A stretch of DNA of 64,000 nt from Torpedo marmorata. Lineage: Eukaryota. Of this stretch, positions 1-11,600 are shown in pieces; the first letter of the stretch is position 1, and the number at the start of each line of letters is the position of its first letter. The DNA lies in NCBI GenBank assembly GCA_977017645.1, contig OZ360243.1, forward strand, positions 26,350,001 to 26,414,000, in the 5' to 3' direction. Position numbers and translations under genes: made by a program. The notes under the pieces are model-generated. The model searched no databases and was not told the origin of the DNA. It saw nothing but the letters and a program-made list of their open reading frames with translations.

Positions 1-415
1 TTGGAAATCTGATGTAGATTTAGGGTTAGGAAGATGGCATGCAGAACTTCGTTCGTGTATACCACTTGAAAAAATTACTTATAATTTACCTAATAAGTAC
101 ATTTCTTTTTTAAAATTTGGAGCCCATATATGAAAGTTGTTGGTTTAAGGATTTGAAGATCTCTGGATATCGGATCTACTGGCGTACCTAACCTCCATAA
201 TAGAATTAGTTTATAGATTTAATTTTTAGATTGACATTCTCCTTACTCTATTTTTTTTTCTTTCTTTTATTTTTATTTTATTACATTAGTAGGGATGGGA
301 GGGTTAGGGAGGGGAGGGTGGTGAAAATATATCACAAGTATTTCGATAATTTTATATTTTATCTTATGTATTTTGTGATTTAAAATTTTAAATAAAATAT
401 ATTTTTTTTAAAAAG
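1..415 (+). mobile_element. L1/Tx1-clade LINE 3' end (ORF2 C-terminus, 3'UTR, A-rich tail)
   Basis: WKSD...[18 protein letters not shown]...KIWSPYM...GLRI*, homologous to 4800-5240; AATAAA. Confidence 0.93.
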
Positions 416-439
416 AGTGTCCCTTCAGAGTGTCCCTTA

Positions 440-487
440 GGGTAGTACTGGCAGACTCATTTGTAGTTGTCTCTGTAGTTGTTTTTT
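440..487 (-). pseudogene. PTS micro-exon 5' part (EKTTTETTTNESASTT) running into the L1 tail
   Basis: ttttcag acceptor at 488; no strong donor before the L1 poly(A) near 415. Confidence 0.55.
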
Positions 488-853
488 CTGAAAATAAAAA
501 TTTTCATAACCACTACATTCAACCTGAAGAATAACAGAACTGAGGAAATGTAAATGAGCCAGTACATATTGCAGAAATGAAATGACATCGTGCAAAATAA
601 TTTCAGCAGGTGATTCCAAATTTCCAATCATATTGTATGCAGAAATAATATTTACTGAATGTTTTATCTGTCTGACAAATAAACCCTGCATCACATGACA
701 ATCTCCAGTGAGCAAGAGTGATAACCTCATACAACTCACTGTGAAACAGTTGAAACTTTCAGGTATAATACCGAGTAATTATGAAGATCATGATAACTTC
801 CTTTCACTACAGAACATCCATAAATGAAGATGCAAAAGCAACAAAATTGTGGA

Positions 854-2236
854 CGACGACCACATCGGTGCTGCCTCATGCACCCGCGATGAGCTTGTCA
901 ACTTCATCCACTTCGCGTCCAGCTTCCACCCCGATCTCAAATTCACCTGGTCCATCTCCGATGACACTCTCCCCTTCCTCGATCTCTCTGTCTCCTTCTC
1001 GGGAGACAAGCTTTCCACCGACATATACTACAAACCCTCCAACTCCCACAACTATTTGGACTACAATTCCTCACACCCTATCCCCTGCAAGGATTCCATC
1101 CCCTTCTCTCAATTTCTCCGTCTCCGCCGCATCTGTTCCCAAGATGAGGTCTTCCAGTCCAGATCTTCTGAAATGTCTGCCTTCTTCCACAAAACGTGGC
1201 TTCCCCTCCACCACCATCAACTCAGCCCTCACCCGCATCTCCTCCATTTCCCGCTCATCTGCCCTGGCCCCCTCTGCCCCCAGACACAACAAACATAGAA
1301 TCCCCCTCATCCTCACCTACCACCCCACCAGCCTCTGCATCCAACACATTATCCGCCGGAATATCCGGCACTTACTACAGGATCCCACCACGAGACACAT
1401 TTTTCCTTCTCCTCCCCTCTTGGCCTTTCGCAGGAACCGCTTCCACCACGATTCCCTCGTGCACTCATCCTTCCTCACTTATCGCACCCCCGGCACCTTC
1501 CCCTGTGCCCGCAGGAGGTGCAACACTTGCGCCCGCACCTCAACCATCACCACGGTCCGGCGCCCCAAACAGACCTTTCAAGTGAAGCAACACTTCACTT
1601 GTACATCCAGAGAACTTATTTACTGCATCTGGTGCTCCCTTTGTGGCATTCTCTACATCGGCGAGACCGGTCGTAAATTGGGATATCGCTTCTCTGAGCA
1701 CCTCCTCTCTGTCCGCAACAACAACGACCTCCCAGTAGCCAACCATTTCAATTCCGAGTCACACTCCCACACTCATGTCTGTCCATGGCCTTATGTACTA
1801 TCCCACCCAGACCACCCGCAAATTGGAGGAACAACATCTTATTTTCCTTTTGGGCACTCTCCAGCCAGATGGCATTAACATTGACTTTTCTGCTTTCTCC
1901 TAAACCTGCTCGCCTTTTCCTTCCCCTCCCCCCTGTCCTGTCCTTCCAGTTTTTCCGCCCACCCAGCCATCCCTCCTCCTCCTCTTTGCTGCTGTCCTCT
2001 CCCTCCTTTCTTCACCTATCATCTCCTGCCTTTGCCACCCCGCGTTCCCCCCCCCTCACTCTTTTGTTCAGACGCCTGCCGGCATTTTCTCATACTTTGA
2101 TGAAGGGCTCAAGCCCGAAACGTCGGTTATGTATTTCTACCTTTACCACATAAAAGACACTGTTTGTCCTGCTGAGCTTCTCCAGCATTTGTGTTTTTTA
2201 CTTCAACCACGGTGTCTACAGATTTTCGTGATTTAC
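854..2236 (+). mobile_element. Penelope-like retroelement, 5'-truncated (RT C-terminal part plus GIY-YIG endonuclease, frameshifted), 15-bp TSD
   Basis: PFLDLSV..TDIYYKP..YLDYNSSHP (RT thumb); CARRRCNTC and IYCIWC..C..LYIGETGRKL..RFSEH (GIY-YIG); caacaaaattgtgga at 839-853 and 2237-2251. Confidence 0.92.
2091..2134 (+). ncRNA. Minimal hammerhead-ribozyme-like motif in the Penelope terminus
   Basis: (T)TGATGA-a-GGGC tcaa GCCC-GAAACGTC; the core has T in place of the canonical C3. Confidence 0.55.
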
Positions 2237-2468
2237 CAACAAAATTGTGGAGCCCTGCACTGGTTATTTTCAGTTTTGATTCCTTCTCAACCCTTATGTG
2301 GCTGAGAATGATGCGTCGACATTTCAAGAAAATGACCAAAAGATTGGCACTGTCTTGAAAGTTTGAATTTGAACTGCATGAGTTTAGTACCAGGAAGAGA
2401 CATGTTACTCAGTTTCATGCAGGATGGCTGATTTAAGCAGGCATATTTCAAAGAAAAAAAATCCAATC

Positions 2469-2697
2469 AATGTTTCGATCAAAAAAATTGTGAAAGATTC
2501 AATAATTATGCCATTAACCAATGATATCTACTGAAAATGATGGTGAAGTGCCAGAAGAGCACAAAAGTGGAAGTTGCAATTGAACGAATGAATCAAGTTA
2601 CACATTGACAAAAATGAACACACACCCGTGGTGGAGGGAGTGGTTCTTGTTGACACCGTGGTAGTTGTTTCTTTGTAAAATAATTAAGGTATTCAAA
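2469..2697. repeat. Left copy of a perfect 229-bp direct repeat flanking the L1
   Basis: Base-by-base identical to 5239-5467. Confidence 0.95.
2626..2670 (-). CDS. muc19: PTS micro-exon type B ([15 protein letters not shown]), identical copy 2 within the 229-bp duplication
   Basis: Identical to 5396-5440, with the same splice sites. Confidence 0.55.
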
Positions 2698-5600
2698 CTG
2701 CTATTATTACAGTTATACCAAAAAAAGATAGAGATGTATTAAAAACTGAATCATATAGACCTATTTCTTTATTAAATGTAGATTATAAGATTATGGCAAA
2801 AATTTTGGCTAATAGAATAGCTAAATATTTGCCAAATTTGATACATTCAGATCAAGCTGGTTTTATTAAAAATAGATATTCTAAAGATAATATAGCTAGA
2901 TTATTAAGTTTAATTAATTTTCATAAAAAGAAACAAGATTTACCATTGGTGATTACGTTGGATGCAGAAAAGGCTTTTGATAGATTAGAATGGAATTTTT
3001 TATTTAAGGTATTAGAAAAATTTGGTTTTGGGAATACTTTTATAAATTGGATTAAAACTATATATAAGGAACCTACAGCTAAGGTAATTACAAATGGACA
3101 AATATCGTCAAAATTTTCTTTAACGCGTTCTACAAGACAGGGTTGTCCCTTATCACCAGCTTTATTTGTTTTGGCAATAGAACCTGTAGCTGAATTGATT
3201 AGGACAGATCCTAATATAGTGGGGATTAAAGTTGGTATAGAAGAGCATAAGATTAGTTTGTTTGCAGATGATGTATTAATATATATGACAAAATCAGTTT
3301 CATCACTTCAACATTTAGCTATTATATTAACAGAATATGGTGAAATTTCTGGATATAAAATTAATGCGGATAAAAGTGAAATAATGGCTTTATCTCAAGG
3401 TGATTATACTAGATGTAAAGAAGTTACGGAATTTAAATGGGCAAAAGAAGGAATTAAATATTTGGGAGTAAAAGTAGATACAAAATTAGAGAATTTATAT
3501 AAATTAAATTATGTACCCTTACTTACAAAAATAAAGAAAGATTTGGAAAATTGGAAAGATTTACCTATAACTTTAATGGGGAGAGTAAATTGTATTAAGA
3601 TGAATATTTTTCCAAGAATTCAATATCTTTTCCAATCAATTCCTTTTGGAATTCCAAAAAATTTTTTTAAAGATTTAAAATTTATAGTTAGGAAATTTTT
3701 ATGGAAAGGGAAGTTAGCAAGAGTGAGTATGGAGAAGTTAACATGGAATTATGAGATGGGAGGTATGCAACTCCCTAATTTTCAATATTATTATAAAGCA
3801 GCTCAATTAAAATTTGTTAATGAATTTTTTGATTTAGTTAAAACTTCTGCTTGGATTAATATAGAATTAAATAATATCGGAGAAAATTATAAGGAGGATA
3901 TTATTTATAAGTGGAATTCTAAATTATTATCAGTTAAAAAGAAAAATTCACCGATTATTAAACATTTATTGGATATATGGACAGAGGTAGATAAAAGAAT
4001 AGGTGGGAAAGGTAAGATTTCATTAAATATGCCAATATATCAAAATCCACTTTTAACGTTTTCTATGAATAATCAATTATTAAAAATATGGTTTCAAAAA
4101 GGTATTAAAAATTTTAAAGATTGTTTTGAAGCTGGAAGATTTGTTACATTTCAAAGACTGAAAGAAAAATTTGATATATTAGATAATACATGGTTAGTCT
4201 ATTATCAGATTAAAGCTTTTCTAGTTGAGAAATTAGGAGATAATTTGATTACTCCAAGATATAATGAGTTGGAATTATTAATTACTAAAACAAATATTAA
4301 TAAGTTTATTTCTCAAATGTATAAATTACTTCAGAAAAAAATGCCTAAAGTAGGGTTACATAAATCAAGATTAAGATGGGAATTAGATTTAAATATTAGT
4401 ATAGATCAAAAACATTGGGAGGATTTATGTAAGTTAAGTATGACTAAAGTTATTAATGTTAGGTATAGATTGGTACAATATAATTTTTTTCATCAATTAT
4501 ACTTAACACCAAAAAAACTAAAGAAATTTAATCCGGCATTGTCAGATTTGTGTTTTAGATGTAAGAATGAAGTAGGTTCTTTTGTTCATTCTACATGGTC
4601 ATGTCCTAAGATTCAAGATTTTTGGTTTAAAGTTAAGGATTTTTTAGAAAGAGTTTTCAATGTTAGGTTTTTATTGGACCCTATGTTATTTTTATTTGGA
4701 GATATTAGAAAATTTAGTATTAGGAACAGATTGAATATGTATCAGGTAGAGTTTTTACGTATTGTTTTAGCGGTTTCAAAAAAATGTATCGCTATTACTT
4801 GGAAATCAGATTTAGATTTGAATTTAGATAGATGGCATGCAGAACTTCGTTCATGTATTCCTTTGGAAAAAATTACCTATAATTTACGGAATAAATATCA
4901 TTTATTTTTAAAAATTTGGAGCCCATACATGAGGGTTATGGGTTTGAGGATTTGAAATTTTTTGGGAACTAGGTCTATTGGCGAGTTTAACCTCCAGATT
5001 AGAATTAGTTTTTAGATGGCTCTCTCCTCATTATTAATCTCTTTCTCTTTTTCTCTTTTTTTTCTTTATCTATTTTATTTTTAGTATAGTGGGACTGGGG
5101 GGTTGGGGAGGGGTGGGAGGGAGTGGGGGGAGGAAATTTATATCACTGTATTTTGGAATTATATATTTTGGATTCTGAATTATGTATTATGTGATTTTAA
5201 AAATTTAAATAAAATAATAAAAAAATAAAAAATAAAAAAATGTTTCGATCAAAAAAATTGTGAAAGATTCAATAATTATGCCATTAACCAATGATATCTA
5301 CTGAAAATGATGGTGAAGTGCCAGAAGAGCACAAAAGTGGAAGTTGCAATTGAACGAATGAATCAAGTTACACATTGACAAAAATGAACACACACCCGTG
5401 GTGGAGGGAGTGGTTCTTGTTGACACCGTGGTAGTTGTTTCTTTGTAAAATAATTAAGGTATTCAAAACATCAGAAACAAATCTGTACCTTAACTACTCA
5501 AGCAGTGGAATACGAGTTTGTAATGCACAGGAAAATAAATATGAGAAAATAAACTTGTTTGTGGTCATTGAGAAAAGGTAACACTAACCAGGTGTGTAAC

Positions 5601-8600
5601 TGGTGGTCGACTCTGTTGTTGATGTTGTTGTTTTTTCTGCAAATGAATGATGACACCATCATTACATTTAACTTGGATAACACAAATCAAGAAGTAGAAA
5701 ATAACTCAGGAGATATTGCACAAATTAAAAGATATTGTGCATATTACTATCAGCAAAATCACTCAAAACAGAAATATTATTTATTGTATAAATCATTGCA
5801 TCACAAGTCATTTCTGCATGAAATCTGCATCACTTGGTGAGTGAGGAAAACACCCCCTTTACTAAACTAGAATATAGTTTGCAATGAAAATCCTTGAAAA
5901 TTAAAAAACAATACCGTATTGACAGAAGATCGCACAAAGGCTATTGCAGCCTTTCCTCTATGCTGGTAATGTTCTTTTTTTAACTTACAAGCACATATTA
6001 GCATAGTTGGGTTAAAATATCTATCAATGAATAATGAGAGAAGACATCACTCACCAGATGTGTAACTGGTGGTAGATTCAGTTGTGGTTGTCTGTGGAGT
6101 TGTTTTTTTCTCTTCAAATAAAAATGTTGGCATCCATTATATTTAAAGAAGAATAACCCAATTGAAACAGTACTAACAGATATAAGAGCGAAATGTGAAC
6201 TTTCGGGCATCCAAATGCAACTATGCACTAGCCATAGCATGTTTCTAACAGCCACTTTGATAGCTTGGCCTCAATGTGCCAATAAAGAACTTCATTATCA
6301 GGTCAGCTCCTGCAGTTCAACATGTCACCTTTATACATTTGTATAATGAAAAGAAAATGGTGACATTTTACAATGCGTGTTGTTGCCAATTTACAATGAG
6401 GAAACACTGAAAATATGGGGATTCAGAAAAGGCAAAAATAGTGAACTTCACAATGCTCATTTTACAGATGATTATACTGAAGCATCAAAACTGTTGTAAT
6501 CAACAAGACAACAACTCTTTTCAGTTATTCCTACCATCAAGAAACCTAGTGCAATATATTATGGATGGATGTCCAATGCATTGTTCAGTAAGTTACTACA
6601 AATAACATAATGAGTTAACAGATTCAATATTTAATGACTTCTATAAAAAAAATGTACAAAGTAATTGTAGCAAGTGACTCAAATTTATAATAGGCATCCA
6701 TATTGAACTGTAATATTTACTAGGCTTTTTATTTGCATTACAAACAAACTCTACATCAAATATGTATCACATGGTGCACATGAATGTTAGCCTTATTAGC
6801 TTGCCCAGGAGGGTGTCACAGTCAGAAAGTTGTACTGCAACAAAATGCGACCTTGGACCCACCACATCCCTACCCCCCTAATTGTCCACCCACATGAATT
6901 CCAATTGCATACATTTGGACTCTATTCTTCGAAGACTCCTTGACTGAAAAGTCTGTATCTTCAACGTTGTTATTATATCTGATTCCAACATCTCCTTCTG
7001 ATATCAACTGATCCCAATGTAATTAACCTCAACCCTCAGATTTCCTTAACAAATTGTTCCTCTCATCTGAAATCTTTGCCCACTTGTTTTTGACACCAAA
7101 CCATGGATGGAAGATTTTGACTGACCTCTCTATGATGCTTACAATCTTTTATACGTCACTTCAGCCTGCTTTGCCAAAAGAAAACAGGCTGAGATTATCC
7201 AATCTCTCCGTACAACTAGAATCCTCCAATCGAGGCAAAATCACGGAGAAGATTAACTTCTCCCTGTACATGACAATATTTGTCATATATTAGTAACAGA
7301 GTTTGGAAAAAATTTCTGCATCTTTAATAAATTTGCCACAAGTTTTAATACTTCGGCCAACACATAGTCACAAACCCAGTTTTAGAACTGAGGCAAAGGC
7401 TGCTTCCCTCACATTATGCCAGATCAGCATTCAACTGAACAAACTGACCAGTACATCTAATAGTGAGACATAGACTACTGAGCTAAAATTGTCATACTGG
7501 AAGCAGAGAGAATGAATGCCAAATACTGAATATGAATTTATGATGTAGACAAAAGATGTAATAAAAGAAATCCGTTGGTGTACATCATGAAAATTTCGTA
7601 GTTACCAGTTGTGGAACTTGTGGTAGACTCAGTTGTGATTGTTGGAGTCGTTGTTTCTTCTGCAAACAAATGATTGCACAAAAATTACATCGAAATTCCA
7701 GTAAAACACATATCGGAGAGAAAAACTAGCATATATTGCACAAATCAAAAGTGTGCAAATCAACAACAGAAAAATCACTTCAAGCAGAAATAGTATGTTG
7801 GGTGTTTCATCTGGTGTCACAAGCAAACTATGCATTGAACCTGCACAATTTTGGGAAGATAGAATAGGAAACCCCTGTAGTACACTAGAGTTCAGTTTAC
7901 ACTATCAGTTATAATGCTGACAATTCATTAGACACACAAAGACAATTGAAACAGCTGTTTTTTACTCAGTGCTTTGAAGTCGTTCATCTCTGCTGATTGT
8001 GGTCACAATAAAACAAATGTAGTTGTAGAATCTTGTCCAGTATGTGAATGCCACAGCACACTCATAGAACCAGACAAACATCGAGGGCAGAAGATCAAAC
8101 ATTGGGCACTGCTGCACTTCCCATTTCTTACACTTGATGATATCAAGGTATAACCCACAAGACGATGAGCTACTGAGCTTAAATTGCTCAAATTGTGTAG
8201 GTTGGTGTTGTGGCTGTTGTACCTTCTGTAAACCAATCATTACACCATCATGAGATTCAATTTGAAGAACACATATCAGAGAGAAGCAACAGAAACAGCA
8301 AATAGGAACATTAAAATGAATGTGCAAATTAATTGCACCAAAATTACTCCAAACAGAAACAATATTAGTTGGGTATTTCAACTGTATCTGAAGCAAACTC
8401 TACATTAAATCTGCACAATTTTGGTCAGATTCAAGGAGAATCCCCTTCAGTACACATGAGTCCAGTTTACACGGCCAATTATAATGTTGAGAAATCATTA
8501 AAAACTTAAAGACAAGAAAGACAACAGAACATACTTGGGGAAGGATGCTGGACTTCGGAAGTCCAAAATACAGTTACAGAGAGGGGAGTTGAGGTCACTA

Positions 8601-11600
8601 CAGTTCTCAGTTTTGATTCCCTCTCACTCAGCCTGTATGGTTCAGTATGGTGGATCAATACATTCATGGCAATGACCACTGCACTTTGAATTCAAGTTAC
8701 ATGATCAAATATCCATGAAAGACTTTTTACTCAGTCTGACACAAGATGGATGATTTTAGTAATTTTCATTCAACGAAGATGAGTCCAAATTACTTCTGTA
8801 AAATTATTGCAGAACAATTCTTACAATATTTAGATGAACAACCATTGCTCTCCCCTAGCAATTATATTGATGTACCAAAATGGAAGTAAATGAATTTTAT
8901 TGGCATTTAATGAAGTTGCAATTGAAGGAATGAACAAAACTGGCAATTATACACACACCGAGGCAATGACTCACCTGCAATGGAGGGAGTGGTGCTTGGT
9001 GTCACTGAGGTAGTTTGTTGTTCTGGAAAAAAATAGAAGGATTCAGAACGCATTCATCTCAGTACCTTAATTATCCAGCAGTGCAGATGCAGAAGCAAAT
9101 GCAAGTTGTGTGGAACAAACTTGTTACACACTGCAAGTGCAAGTGTTCGGATTGATTTGCATTTGTCAAAGCTCTGCCTAACTTTCCACTTGCTCGATAT
9201 CTTGCTGGAGCCTTAGTCAAACTACCCCACAATCCACTGCGCCATCAATTGCTCTGTCATCTACAAACTTACTACGGTAATTATTTCTTCCACATTCATT
9301 TCCAGGTTAAAAGATACGACAATCTGAAACATTCACTGCAGTTCTCCATTTTGATTCCCCTTCAAGATCTCTGTCTGGTGGATCAAGATGTTAATGGCAA
9401 TGACCAAAAGCCTACGACCACTCCACTTTGCATTCTAGTTGCATTATTAAATATCCGTAAGAGACTTTTTAAAATCAGCATGACACAAGCTAGCTGATTT
9501 TGGTCATTTTTGTTTAACAAAGATGAGTTCAAAGTACTTATGTAGAAATTATTGCAGAACAATTTTTACAATATATAGACCAGGCGTGGCCAAATTTCCT
9601 TAACGCAAGAGCCACAGACGATAAACTTCAGATGTTGGAGAGCCGCGTCATGAAAAAAATATTACATACACGTTTTTACTTTTGCATGCACATTTTGTCA
9701 CAAAAAGTTTATATAAATATTAAGAATTACATGTTTGAAATAATATTTATTAATGTATGTCGTTTTTAAACTGCTAATTTGTATTAGTTTCAATCATCAA
9801 AAAGTACACATGCAATAGACAAATTTTGTGGACCAATTTAGGGTAAAATTTGGGCGGTCGACTATTACATGCATACAACTTTTGAATGTGGTAAGTACTT
9901 GCGTCGTTTTAGGCGTTAGGAGCTTGGAAGGGCGGGCGGGCGGTCTGGGCCTGGTGGTAAGTCCACAGTCGGGGAGTCGGATGGCCAGGACTGGGTGGTA
10001 AATCCGCAGTCAGGGCGTCGGGAGCTCAGATGGGCGAGCGGCCAGGGCCAAAAATAGGGGGTTAGGGTTAGGCCTCGACTATTACACGCGTATATACGTG
10101 TATATATGGTATACATACCAAATATTTTCAATCGCAAGCCATGTGCACTAAAATTACCATTGTGAGCACCAGCTCGTACAATTCATGTCTCAGCCAACGT
10201 ATTTCCATGAGCAGTGGCGGATTAACCATTAGGCTGAGTAGGCTGAAGCCAAGGGGCCCGGAAGGTAAGGGGGCCTGGCGCATTATGGTCTGATTAAACT
10301 GACTTAACAAAAACAATGAGGCTCATTACTCAGCCTAATGGTTAATCCGCCACTGGTTGTAGAAGCGTAAATTTGACACCTTGTAGCCATGCCAGTTTAT
10401 TAAAAGAATGTCCATTAACCCCAGGCAGACTACAGCGCCAGCGATCGGGACAGGGGTTCGAATCCCACGCTGTTTGTAAGGAGTTTGTACGTTCTCCCCG
10501 TGTCTGCATGAGTTTTCCCCGGGGGCTCCGCCAGGATTTCTCTGATATTTATTTGTTGAACCTGCCAGATTGCAAGAGACCCCCGAACTGCACCTGAGCT
10601 AGTGGCAGCGCTGTCACTGGCCCGTCTTTGTCTGGTTGCACTGGGTGTCTAAGATTTTTAGAAACACATTTGCGGTGCATTTCAGCAGCAGCGGACCCAC
10701 GGGCCAGGTATAGAAGACCCGACCACGTGGACACAGAGGGGGGCTACAGGTCAAACTGAGACGCGGGGACCTGAAGCTTCCGCTCCCTACCATCCTCCTG
10801 GCCAACGTACAATCCTTGGAGAACAAACTTGATGAACTCCAAGCCAGACTTCAACATCAGAGAGTCATTAGGGATTGCTGCGTGATGTGCTTTACAGAAA
10901 CGTGGCTAAACGTGGACATTCCGGACACGGCGCTGCAGCCCAAGGGCTACACCCTCCATCGCGCTGACTGAACATGAATAACCAGGGGAGGCGGCGTTTG
11001 TGTCATCATCAATCCATCGTGGTGCACAGACGTGACGGTCATGTCCTAGTCCTGCTCCCCCGACCTGGAACATCTGGGGATCAAGTGTCGCCCATTCTAT
11101 CTGCCGAGGGAGTTCACCGCCATCATCCTGGTCGCAGTGTACATTGCGCCCCAGGCTAACGTCAGGCTGGCACTGGAGGGACTGAGCACTGTGATAAACA
11201 GCCATGAGACAGCACATCCTGATGCCTTCCCGATCATTGTGGGAGACTTCAATCAGGTCAATCTGAAGAAATAACTGACAAACTACCACCAACACATCAC
11301 ATGCGAGACCAGGGGAACCAACACACTCGGCCACTGCTACACCACCGTGAAGAACGCATACCGAGCCAAACCACGACCGCACTTCGGCAAGTCTGATCAC
11401 CTGGCTGTACTTCTACTCCCGGCGTACAAGCAGAGACTGAAGACCACAGCACCAGTGGTGAGGAAGGCGAAAGTATGGTCGAGGGGGGCGGAGGAGCGTC
11501 TGCAGGACTGCTTTGAATCGGTGGACTGGAACATATTCAAGCACTCAGCCACCGACTTCATCAAGACCTGCGTGGATGAGTGTTTGCCCACGTGCAAATA

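Noticed and set aside
781-1878. 365-aa ORF with a Ser/Thr/Pro-rich N-terminus resembling a mucin-GIY-YIG fusion
   Set aside because: The S/T/P-rich part is an off-frame reading of the C-rich Penelope RT, joined by a frameshift, and it is on the opposite strand to the mucin.
5498-9497. Numerous 60-150 aa ORFs in the six-frame track
   Set aside because: They are chance ORFs in AT-rich intron or antisense readings of micro-exons and repeats.
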